Origin: Acidobacteria bacterium AH-259-O06
GTDB taxonomy: Bacteria; Acidobacteriota; UBA6911; RPQK01; JADFOI01
Reading direction: 5' to 3'
NCBI GenBank assembly: GCA_027717865.1
Contig: JALLOM010000002.1
Coordinates: 1 to 46,452, forward strand
DNA: 46,452 nucleotides
In this document: piece by piece, positions 8,582 to 16,749 of the stretch
Position numbering within the stretch: position 1 is the stretch's first letter
Layout: every line of letters begins with the position of its first letter
Translations under genes and position numbers: made by a program
Notes under the pieces: model-generated
The model's input: the letters and a program-made list of their open reading frames with translations, nothing else
Told to the model about the DNA's origin: nothing
Database searches by the model: none

Positions 8582-8952
8582 AGATACTGGGGACAGAGTT
8601 TTCTGCCTCTATACGCCTACGGCACCGCGGACCCCTCGGCCGACGTGGCCACACAGGCGCACTTTGCCGAGGAACTGGCGTCATACCTCGAAACGGTTCC
8701 GGAAAGCGCCACACTGGGCGACTGGGCCCCCGTGTACGGGGAGCTTCTCACCTTCGACGACCCGGCGCGGCATCCCGCCTTCCCGCCATAGACCACCTGG
8801 AGGGCTTCCATCCTGGAGAGCGGAGCCTTTACAGCCGTATGCTTGTGCCGGTTCACGCCAGGGAGAGCATCGTCTTGGCATGGCTCTATGTTGGTGGTCA
8901 GCAGGTTGAAGGTCAGATAGTCCGAACCGGCAAGATTCGCTGGAAAAGTTAG
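8582..8952 (+). pseudogene. Possible frameshifted gene remnant, unassigned
   Basis: The stretch from 8582 to ~8770 has no start codon but looks coding (..YAYGTADPSADVATQAHFAEELASYLETVPESATLGDWAPVYGELLTFDDPARHPAFPP*). A second frame then continues (DHLEGFHPGERSLYSRMLVPVHARESIVLAWLYVGG..). A reverse-strand ORF also overlaps, so the call cannot be resolved by eye. Confidence 0.2.
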
Positions 8953-9159
8953 AGTCAATCGGTTAAATTAGGTTAAACTTGCCATACACTCGGAAAAACC
9001 GCTTGATGATGGGTCTTCTTCTGATATATTTTAGCCCTGTTTATCCTGGTTTGTCAGGATGAAAGGCCTCAAAGGCTGAACCATGGCAAACCTATCCATG
9101 AACCGATAGTAAGAGGCCGCTGCGAGACAACCTATGGCGCTAGGCGTGAGTGGAGACAA

Positions 9160-9366
9160 ATGATGGAAGATCGATGGCTCTCCGTGGATGAGATTGCAGA
9201 CCATCTCGGTATCAAACGGGACACGGTCTACAAGTGGATTAGTGAACGGCAAATGCCAGGACACAAAATCGGTCGACTCTGGAAGTTCAACCAAATGGAC
9301 GTCGATGAGTGGGTGCGTGGTGGAGGTGCCGACGACAAAAGACGCCAAAAGAAAACAGACCGGTAG
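9160..9366 (+). CDS. Excisionase/MerR-like HTH (HTH_17) DNA-binding protein
   Basis: 68 aa. LSVDEIADHLGIKRDTVYKWISERQMPGHKIGRLWKFNQMDVDEWV is the Xis/AlpA-type signature. It is the first gene of the BREX-like operon. Confidence 0.8.
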   Translation: MMEDRWLSVDEIADHLGIKRDTVYKWISERQMPGHKIGRLWKFNQMDVDEWVRGGGADDKRRQKKTDR

Positions 9367-9368
9367 GA

Positions 9369-10796
9369 ATGGTAAGCAGCAATATGGCAGAAAAAGGAAA
9401 AACAGGACACAGACAAAGACTCAGAGACCGCTTCTTAGCGGGCGATGCGGAGTCACGCTCTGATGAAATGTTGCTGGAACTGCTTCTTACCTTTGCTACC
9501 GGCCGCAAGGATGTCATGCCGCTCGCTCAAGAGCTTATTCGGGTCTTTGGCAGTCTTTCCCAGGTTCTTTCCGCCTCCCATGATGAACTATGTAAGGTGA
9601 AAGGAATGGGGCAGTCATCAACTACCTTGCTCAAGGTGGTTGATTTCATTCAATCAGGGACCACGTCCACCACAACAAGACCTTCACTTCCGAAAGGGGC
9701 AGCAGGAGCTACTCAGCAGAAGTCGTTTGAGAACCTGCCGGTTGAACAAACCCCAGATCAATCGTCTTCCAATACCGTAAACAAGAAACCGGTGGAGTCG
9801 AAAGAGCCTTCTGTCTCGGACAAGCAACCAGTAAAAGAGGATGGTACTTCAACGGGTTCTATCGTGGCAGATATACCTACAGCGCCTCAGCGTTCATCGC
9901 GATCTTCAAAGAAACAACCCGCAGCCAAAAAGAGCACTCGACGGAAATTTCAAGTCAGCAATGGCTACTTTCTGGAATTTGACCAACTTGCTCGCATTCT
10001 TCATTTTCTCATGGAACATCGGGACGCAAAAAAGATTAATCGCAAGACTCTGCAGGAAGCTACCGGCCTGGCAGATCGACAGGTGGAGAGCCTGGTCAGT
10101 ATGGGAGCGGCGATGGGCTTAATCACGCCAGGCCGCCAGGTACTGACTCCCGTGGGATTGCTTATCGCAGAACAAGACATTTTCATTGAAAAGAGAGGTT
10201 CTCTTGAATGGTGTCATTACGTCGGTGCCGGCTCCTTTCGGAATCTAATCTGGTTTGAGATCTTCAATCGTCTGCTGGCGGAAGCATCACCAATGACACA
10301 GGAGGAATGGAACGAACGGATGCGGAGCGATTTGGCCGGCAAATATTCCAAGCGAACTATCGGCAAGGGGCTTTACGAAGAGGTTCGCTTTGTAATCGAT
10401 GCCTATATGGAACGTAATTTCAGCAAACTGGAACTTCTGCATCGGTCGTCCGACGAACGGCTTTACCGTCGCCGCTACACCCAATTCGCCCCTCTTGTTC
10501 TCAGCGCCATGATCTATGATTTCTGCGCCACAAAAGAGACTCATCTTTCCCAGGTTGGCGAGATGGCGGTCACGCCTGGTTCTCCGGCTGTGGTCTTCGG
10601 GCTTGATGCCGCTTCGTTCCGACAGCAGATCGAAGGGCTTCACGACCGTGGCTGGCTGCGGTACGAAACCACGCACAATCTCGATCAAGTCCGTCTCAAA
10701 CCGGGTTTTTCGGCGCTCGAGTTCCTTACTGCGCATTTTGAAGACCGTGAGCCGCGCGAAGATAGCAAACCATCACCTGGAGGCATTTTTCAATGA
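9369..10796 (+). CDS. Fusion protein: RadC-N-terminal (UPF0758 HhH) domain, ~110-aa disordered S/T/P/K linker, and a ~270-aa C-terminal wHTH-containing domain of unrecognised family
   Basis: ATG 9369 lies 2 nt after the HTH stop. The N-terminus HRQRLRDRFLAGDAESRSDEMLLELLLTFATGRKDVMPLAQELIRVFGSLSQVLSASHDELCKVKGMG matches the RadC N-terminus. No JAB domain follows. Confidence 0.7.
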   Translation: MVSSNMAEKGKTGHRQRLRDRFLAGDAESRSDEMLLELLLTFATGRKDVMPLAQELIRVFGSLSQVLSASHDELCKVKGMGQSSTTLLKVVDFIQSGTTSTTTRPSLPKGAAGATQQKSFENLPVEQTPDQSSSNTVNKKPVESKEPSVSDKQPVKEDGTSTGSIVADIPTAPQRSSRSSKKQPAAKKSTRRKFQVSNGYFLEFDQLARILHFLMEHRDAKKINRKTLQEATGLADRQVESLVSMGAAMGLITPGRQVLTPVGLLIAEQDIFIEKRGSLEWCHYVGAGSFRNLIWFEIFNRLLAEASPMTQEEWNERMRSDLAGKYSKRTIGKGLYEEVRFVIDAYMERNFSKLELLHRSSDERLYRRRYTQFAPLVLSAMIYDFCATKETHLSQVGEMAVTPGSPAVVFGLDAASFRQQIEGLHDRGWLRYETTHNLDQVRLKPGFSALEFLTAHFEDREPREDSKPSPGGIFQ

Positions 10797-11257
10797 GCGG
10801 TCCTGTCAACATGGTTCAACTCGTGAGAGATTTGCCCTCCCGTCCCCGTGGAAGAGCTTGCATTGTCCTCACCCATGAGTATGGAGGCCAAAAAGAGTGG
10901 GCGGCGGAGTTGGCCCGCCAGACGGACTCCGAGCACCTCGACCTGCTGGAACTTTTCGCACAAGACAAAAAACTCAGCGGCAAGATTGGGCAGTTCCTGA
11001 TCCCCAGCCTTTTTGAGTTCTTGAAGAACCATGGCCAAGCCTCTGTTTTGGTTATTTCAGGTATGGAGTTCCTCAAGGCCACATGGGCCGGCCAATCGAA
11101 TGTCGTCGAACAGTTCGCCAGCCATGTGGAGACTTGGGACCAGAAGCCCTGCCTGCTCTTTGTTCTTCAATACGACAAGATCATCGCGACTCGCGAGTAT
11201 CGACGCTATCGTCAGTACACCTTTGTGGTCGATCAGAAGGAAACACTGGCACTATGA
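10793..11257 (+). CDS. Small 154-aa protein in the BrxB/BrxF position, with a degenerate P-loop-like segment
   Basis: ATGA overlaps at both ends (10793, 11254). CIVLTHEYGGQKEW sits where a Walker A would be, and VLVISGMEF resembles a Walker-B strand without the acidic pair. Confidence 0.6.
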   Translation: MSGPVNMVQLVRDLPSRPRGRACIVLTHEYGGQKEWAAELARQTDSEHLDLLELFAQDKKLSGKIGQFLIPSLFEFLKNHGQASVLVISGMEFLKATWAGQSNVVEQFASHVETWDQKPCLLFVLQYDKIIATREYRRYRQYTFVVDQKETLAL

Positions 11258-14200
11258 AGAATAACGGCCTGTTCAGCTCGCTTTTCATCGAGGAATTGAA
11301 AGACAGCGTCAAGCTCGACGACGCGGCCCAAGGCCGCATGGCCACACTGGCTCAGACATGGCGTACTCGCAACACCCAGGATACCGAGTCCCTGTGGGAG
11401 TCTTTCCTGAAACAGGCGTTGAGCTATCTTGAGTTCGTTCCACCCGGAAATCCAACCGCTCCAGGCGTTTACCCGCTTTATGAAGACTGGAGGTTCACAG
11501 ATTGCATCAGCGTCCTCTACCTCGCTCCGCCCGGATCGGACATTGACAATACATCAGTCGGAAATTTCTATCCCGCCAAACTTCTTGCGCGGCTTAAGGG
11601 ACGAAAACTCAACTGGGGAATTCTGACTGACGGTGCCAGCTGGCGGCTTTACTCCACCAAGAGTTCCAGACCATACGAAGATTATGTGGAACTTCCGTTA
11701 GAGGAAGCTTTGGAAGGATCGGATGAGGCCGAATACGGCCTTTTTGAGCGCTTCTTTCACAAGGATTCCTTCATTGCCGAAGAAACTGAGGGTACAGAGT
11801 ACGGGCAACAGGATGAATCCACCGCTATCTACAAGTGCCGCCTTGACCGCGACCGGGAGCAATCGGAACAGGTCCTCGATGAAGAGGTCAAAGCGCCGTT
11901 CCTTGCTCAGGTGGACGAGGTGCTGCAGTACATCTGCAACGGGTTCATTGTGGACACGCAAAAGAGCGGCGAAGAATACACGGAAGAGGAGCGAGGGGAA
12001 ATATTCGAAAGCGCCGCCAAACTGATCTACCGCTGCTTGTTCCTGTTCTATGCCGAGGCCCGCAGGCTGCTGCCGTCAGACCCGGACAAAGCCGATCTCT
12101 ACCGGCGGCACTCCGTGCAGGCGCTCTGCGAGGAGGCCCGCAAGTTCCGCTGGGGTGAACGCCGCGACACGGACCAGTATGATCTTTGGAAGCACCTGAA
12201 AGGCCTGATAAACGCCGTAAACGATGGTGACCCGGAATACGGCATCATGGGTTACAACGGCGGTTTGTTTGATGATGAAGAAGAGCGGTTCCTGGGGCAA
12301 CATCAACTGCGCAACGATTTTCTGTGCCGGGCGCTGTACCTGCTGGCGTTTGTGGAACCTTACGACAACGAACCGGACGAAGAATACGCCATACCGTACG
12401 AAGACCTGGAGGTTCGCCATCTCGGGGAGCTTTACGAGAACATACTGGAATACACGGTTCAGCTTGCCGACGCCGACCGCATCCGTCGCCGCACCAAAAA
12501 GGGTGTGGAAATGCTGTTGGTCTCCCAGACAACGAAAAAGACGGGTGACACGCTGATCAAAAAGGGAGATGTCTATTTCGGCGAGTCCGCGCTTGAGCGC
12601 AAACAGACGGGTTCCTATTACACTCCGGAATCACTGGTTCGCTTTCTCAATGAAAAAACAATCGTCCAGCCCCTTCGTGAAACCTTTGAACGGGAATACC
12701 GACAGCGATTCAAGGAGCTCCTGGAACAGGCCAGCAACGGACACGATGCCGGCACCCGTCGTGGGGCGGCCCAATCGGCTGCGGCACTTGTCGAGCGTTT
12801 TGTCGAAGAGGGGGTTCTAAACTTCAAGGTCTGCGATCCGGCCATGGGCAGCGGTCATTTTCTGGTGGATGCGGCCAACCAGATGGCCGGGCTGGTTGTT
12901 GCCCTGCTTGAGGAAGTGCCCCATGTCGAGGGGATAACGGTTTCGGTCACCAGTCGTCCCAACGACTGGCGGCGGCGTATCACCCGCCACTGCATCTACG
13001 GGGTCGATCTCAACCCGCTGGCTGTAAACCTGGCCAAGCTCTCGCTCTGGCTCAACTGCTTTGCCATCGAACATAAGCTGACCTTTCTCGATCACCATGT
13101 TCGCTGTGGAAACAGCCTGATCGGCATTCGATCACTCGATCAGCTTGCTTCCGTCCCGGAGCGCAAGAAAGAGAGCAAGAAAAAGAAAGACCCGCAAAGA
13201 CTGCTCTTTGATTACAACGATCTCTCGTCTGTCTTGACGGAGGCGGCCCAGAGAATTGCGTCTATTACTCAGATCGATGAGGACGACACCGATACCCAGA
13301 AGGCTGTTTTGGATGAAGCCCTGGAGGCCACATCCAACCTGCGCCCCCTGGCCGACCTGTACACGGCCTATCTGATGGACCCCGACATTCCAGTCGGCGA
13401 TTACAAGGAGATTTTCGAACGGCTTGCAAAGGGTAAGTCTGTCGCCAACACCCTGAATCCTGCCCTTCCTGAGATTCTGGAATCGGTAGATGCATATCGC
13501 GACTGGCACCACGTTTACCACTGGCCGCTGGAGTTTCCCGACGTGTTCGGTCCGGATGCGGTGGGCGGGTTCTCGGCAACCGTCGGCAATCCGCCGTGGG
13601 ATACCGTCTTACCCAACTCGCAGGAGTTTTTCTCAGCCTACGATCCTAAATTTCGCTCTTACAGAAAGCAGCAGGCCAAGCGAGTAGCTAAAATGCTAAT
13701 GAAAGATAACCCTGCTATTGCGAAAAAATGGGAGGACTGCGGAAACATGTTCTCCCAGCAAATCGCATATTTCAAGGAACCCATCAATTATAGCTCCATT
13801 GGGAAAATACACATCAATACTTATAAGCTCTTCCTGGAAAAGTTTTTCACTGTGCTTTGTAGTGGTGGCCGTATGGGCATAGTGGTACCCAGCGGTCTCT
13901 ACACCGACCAGGGCTGCGAACCTCTGCGGGAAGGGTTCTTCAATCAGAGTCGTATCGAGTTTCTCTACTGCTTTGAGAACCGCTGGCCTACTGTCTTCAC
14001 CGCCGTGGATGGCCGTTTCAAGTTCGTTACCTTCGGCACCCAAAAAGGCGGAAAAACCGACCGGTTCAAGTGTGCTTTCATGGAGCACGACCCGGAACGG
14101 CTGCCCATTATCGACGCGAGTGCTCTGCAATTGACATTCGAACAGGTCAGGAAATTATCCCCCGACACTTTAAGCATAATGGAGTTTGACAACGAGAGAG

Positions 14201-15180
14201 AGATAAACATTGCAGCAGCGATATATCACGATAATCCGCTCCTTGGAAACTACCTCAAAGCTAATTGGCAGTCAGCCTTTCAAGACGAGTTCAACATTAC
14301 ACATGATACTGAATTGTTTTTGACTGAAGAAGAGTGTTCAGGGGCAGATGTAACTCCGTTGTGGGAAGGAAAGGAAATCTGGATATTGACTAATGAGTTT
14401 GCTGCACCAACAAGATGGATGCTTCGGTCAAACACAAAGATAAAGCCAACAACTCAACATACCAGAGTGGTATACAGATCAGTAGCTTCGAACACAAACG
14501 AGCGGACATTGGTTCCTGCTATTATTCCCGCGAGCTTCCCCACAGGTAATTCTGTTGATGCGTGTCCTCTTCTCCCATCTGTTGCCATAAAGGTTGCCGT
14601 TATCACAGGATCTTTCGTGATAGATTGGATTCTTCGAAAGAAGGTCACGACAAATTTAAACAAATTCATCACCGCACAATTACCCATATTGGAAGAACTA
14701 AAGGACAACAATGCACCGAATATATTCGACTTGATCTTAGCGATGGGTAGTCGCCTGATATGTACGTCTTCAGCCTTCTCTACAATCTGGAATGATTGTT
14801 ACTCACAGAAATGGAATAACCAAGAATTCTGGTATGACAGCAATGCCCCCATCGACAGCTATGGCCCGGCCCACGAGCAGGAGATCCGCCGCTGCTTGCG
14901 GGACGAAGCCAAAAACCTGACTCCCGAATGGGGCCCACACTGCGGGGTGCATGATCGACTTCCCGACCGACGGGACACCGGTGACAGAGCTCAACTCCGT
15001 GCCGAGATCGACGCTTACGTGGCCCACCTTTACGATCTTTCGCGGGATGACTTCGCTTACATCCTTGACACCTTTCCGGTGCTCAAAAAGAAAGAGAAAA
15101 AGGCCTTCGGCGAGTTCATGTCCAAGCGCAAATGCCTGGAAGAATACGACCGGATAGGGAAAATTATGAATGCGGAATGA
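11254..15180 (+). CDS. pglX: BREX PglX-like N6-adenine DNA methyltransferase (Eco57I/type IIG-like architecture, no nuclease motif seen)
   Basis: ATG 11254 overlaps the upstream stop. Motifs are ILTDGASWRLY, YYTPESLV, motif I DPAMGSGHFL (12835-12864), motif IV NPPW (13588-13599) and the C-terminal tail AEIDAYVAHLYDLSRDDFAYILDTFP. Confidence 0.88.
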   Translation: MKNNGLFSSLFIEELKDSVKLDDAAQGRMATLAQTWRTRNTQDTESLWESFLKQALSYLEFVPPGNPTAPGVYPLYEDWRFTDCISVLYLAPPGSDIDNTSVGNFYPAKLLARLKGRKLNWGILTDGASWRLYSTKSSRPYEDYVELPLEEALEGSDEAEYGLFERFFHKDSFIAEETEGTEYGQQDESTAIYKCRLDRDREQSEQVLDEEVKAPFLAQVDEVLQYICNGFIVDTQKSGEEYTEEERGEIFESAAKLIYRCLFLFYAEARRLLPSDPDKADLYRRHSVQALCEEARKFRWGERRDTDQYDLWKHLKGLINAVNDGDPEYGIMGYNGGLFDDEEERFLGQHQLRNDFLCRALYLLAFVEPYDNEPDEEYAIPYEDLEVRHLGELYENILEYTVQLADADRIRRRTKKGVEMLLVSQTTKKTGDTLIKKGDVYFGESALERKQTGSYYTPESLVRFLNEKTIVQPLRETFEREYRQRFKELLEQASNGHDAGTRRGAAQSAAALVERFVEEGVLNFKVCDPAMGSGHFLVDAANQMAGLVVALLEEVPHVEGITVSVTSRPNDWRRRITRHCIYGVDLNPLAVNLAKLSLWLNCFAIEHKLTFLDHHVRCGNSLIGIRSLDQLASVPERKKESKKKKDPQRLLFDYNDLSSVLTEAAQRIASITQIDEDDTDTQKAVLDEALEATSNLRPLADLYTAYLMDPDIPVGDYKEIFERLAKGKSVANTLNPALPEILESVDAYRDWHHVYHWPLEFPDVFGPDAVGGFSATVGNPPWDTVLPNSQEFFSAYDPKFRSYRKQQAKRVAKMLMKDNPAIAKKWEDCGNMFSQQIAYFKEPINYSSIGKIHINTYKLFLEKFFTVLCSGGRMGIVVPSGLYTDQGCEPLREGFFNQSRIEFLYCFENRWPTVFTAVDGRFKFVTFGTQKGGKTDRFKCAFMEHDPERLPIIDASALQLTFEQVRKLSPDTLSIMEFDNEREINIAAAIYHDNPLLGNYLKANWQSAFQDEFNITHDTELFLTEEECSGADVTPLWEGKEIWILTNEFAAPTRWMLRSNTKIKPTTQHTRVVYRSVASNTNERTLVPAIIPASFPTGNSVDACPLLPSVAIKVAVITGSFVIDWILRKKVTTNLNKFITAQLPILEELKDNNAPNIFDLILAMGSRLICTSSAFSTIWNDCYSQKWNNQEFWYDSNAPIDSYGPAHEQEIRRCLRDEAKNLTPEWGPHCGVHDRLPDRRDTGDRAQLRAEIDAYVAHLYDLSRDDFAYILDTFPVLKKKEKKAFGEFMSKRKCLEEYDRIGKIMNAE

Positions 15181-15183
15181 TGA

Positions 15184-16641
15184 ATGATGAATTTTAAAGA
15201 ATTAAAAGACATCATCGCGCGGGGTGAAGGTGAGCAGGTAGAGTTTAAACGTTCCACCGGCCAGCGAACCAGTGCGGCCAAGGCAGTCTGTGCCATGCTC
15301 AACGGAATTGGCGGATTTGTCGTGTTCGGTGTAACTGACAGGGGCAAGATTGTTGGACAGCAGGTAAGTGCCGGGACGCTTGAAGATATTGCTGCGGAAC
15401 TCAGGGAAATAGAGCCCCCCGCTTTTCCTGACATTGAAACCGTGGCCTTGAAGCAAGGAACCTCTGCTGTTGTGCTGACAGTCCCGGGGGGAGGGGGACC
15501 TTTTACTTTTGACGGACGGCCTTATCTCCGTCAGGGACCGACAACGATTATGATTCCGCGTGAAGAATACGAACGGAGGCTTGTGGAGCGACTTCATGCC
15601 ACGCGGCGCTGGGAGAATGAGCCGGTGCCGGAGGGCGTTTCCATCAAGGATCTGGATGCCGACGAGATTCAAATTACTCTGGACAATGCTATTCGGCTGG
15701 GACGACTCGAAGCCACTGACCGGCGAGACACCAGATCCATTCTCCGTGGTTTGGAACTGATTCACGAAGGCAATCTCCTGAACGCCGCAATAGCGCTTTA
15801 TGGCAAGACCGACCGTCTCAAGACGCTTTATCCGCAGATGGGTATTCGTCTGGCCCGTTTCCGTGGAAAAAACCGACTGGCCGATTTCTCAGACAACCGC
15901 CAATACTGGGGGCACGCCTTTGCACTCCTGCGCCGGGCTGAATCTTTCCTGATGGATCATGTCCCCATAGCCGGGCGGGTTCTGCCGGGGAAAATGGTCC
16001 GCGAAGACCAGCCCTGGTATCCGCCAGGCGCCACACGCGAAGCCCTGGCCAATGCCATTTGTCACCGCGACTACACGATACCGGGCGGTGCCGTGGCCCT
16101 CGCCATGTACGACGATCATCTGGAAATAACCAATCCCGGCGCCCTGCACTTCGGCATCACACCGGAAAAGCTGGCCAAACCCCATGAATCCAAACCGTGG
16201 AACCCTATTATTGCCAATGTCTTTTACCGGGCAGGCATTATCGAGCGCTGGGGCACCGGCACGCTGAACATTATTGACTGGTGCGAGGAAAACGGCAACC
16301 CCGAACCCACCTGGCAGGAGCAGGCCGGTTCTGTGTATGTGAAGTTCCTGCCCGCCGTTTTGCCCGATACTCCGGAAGACACAGGGGATGTTGGGACCAA
16401 GTTGGGACTAAGTCGGGATCAAGTTCAAATCATCCGCAACCTTCTGAATGATAAAGCTATTACGGATTTGATGGAACTTCTGGGACGAACAAACCGGACC
16501 AAGTTCAGGGACCAAGTTCTTAACCCCCTAATCAAGACGGGGTTTGTAGAAATGACCATCCCGGACAAACCCCGCAGCAGCAGGCAAAAATACCGACTTA
16601 CGGACAAAGGCAGAGAATCGTTGAGGGTAATACTTCCATGA
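15184..16641 (+). CDS. AlbA_2 (Schlafen-like) plus HATPase_c_4 plus C-terminal wHTH protein ('putative DNA-binding/ATP-binding' family)
   Basis: Motifs are EGEQVEFKRS (AlbA_2) and NAICHRDYTIPGGAVALAMYDDHLEITNPG (HATPase_c_4). It starts 3 nt after the pglX stop. Confidence 0.82.
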   Translation: MMNFKELKDIIARGEGEQVEFKRSTGQRTSAAKAVCAMLNGIGGFVVFGVTDRGKIVGQQVSAGTLEDIAAELREIEPPAFPDIETVALKQGTSAVVLTVPGGGGPFTFDGRPYLRQGPTTIMIPREEYERRLVERLHATRRWENEPVPEGVSIKDLDADEIQITLDNAIRLGRLEATDRRDTRSILRGLELIHEGNLLNAAIALYGKTDRLKTLYPQMGIRLARFRGKNRLADFSDNRQYWGHAFALLRRAESFLMDHVPIAGRVLPGKMVREDQPWYPPGATREALANAICHRDYTIPGGAVALAMYDDHLEITNPGALHFGITPEKLAKPHESKPWNPIIANVFYRAGIIERWGTGTLNIIDWCEENGNPEPTWQEQAGSVYVKFLPAVLPDTPEDTGDVGTKLGLSRDQVQIIRNLLNDKAITDLMELLGRTNRTKFRDQVLNPLIKTGFVEMTIPDKPRSSRQKYRLTDKGRESLRVILP

Positions 16642-16656
16642 ATAAGCAACCGTTTA

Positions 16657-16721
16657 CGAGCGGAAAAAGCGCTAAATATATGCGCGCTCATAAATCTTTC
16701 GAGCGCGCACGTAATCGCTCG
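16657..16721. promoter_or_regulatory. Paired GC palindromes flanking an AT-rich box in the only real intergenic gap of the operon (possible internal promoter/operator)
   Basis: CGAGCG at 16657-16662 and 16700-16705. Complements CGCTC at 16685-16689 and CGCTCG at 16716-16721. TAAATATAT lies between them. Confidence 0.3.
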
Positions 16722-16749
16722 TATCTTTGAACGGTGGAATGAGAACAAC

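Noticed and set aside
8307-8958. Track ORFs 8307-8909 (+), 8578-8952 (+), 8617-8958 (-) and 8681-8881 (-) as real genes
   Set aside because: These are four mutually exclusive ORFs over the same GC-rich block. None has a recognisable family or RBS. The block is reported only as a possible decayed remnant.
9309-9368. Upstream extension of the RadC-N fusion ORF into the HTH gene; likewise 11083-11253 for pglX
   Set aside because: The extensions overlap well-supported upstream genes. ATGs at 9369 and 11254 sit at or just after the upstream stops, and the extension peptides are R/C/P-rich.
11254-12600. Looked for a PD-(D/E)xK nuclease motif in the PglX N-terminal region, which would make it a type IIG restriction-modification enzyme
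   Set aside because: No D..ExK arrangement was seen by eye. The BrxC/PglZ/BrxL context favours PglX. This needs an HHpred check.
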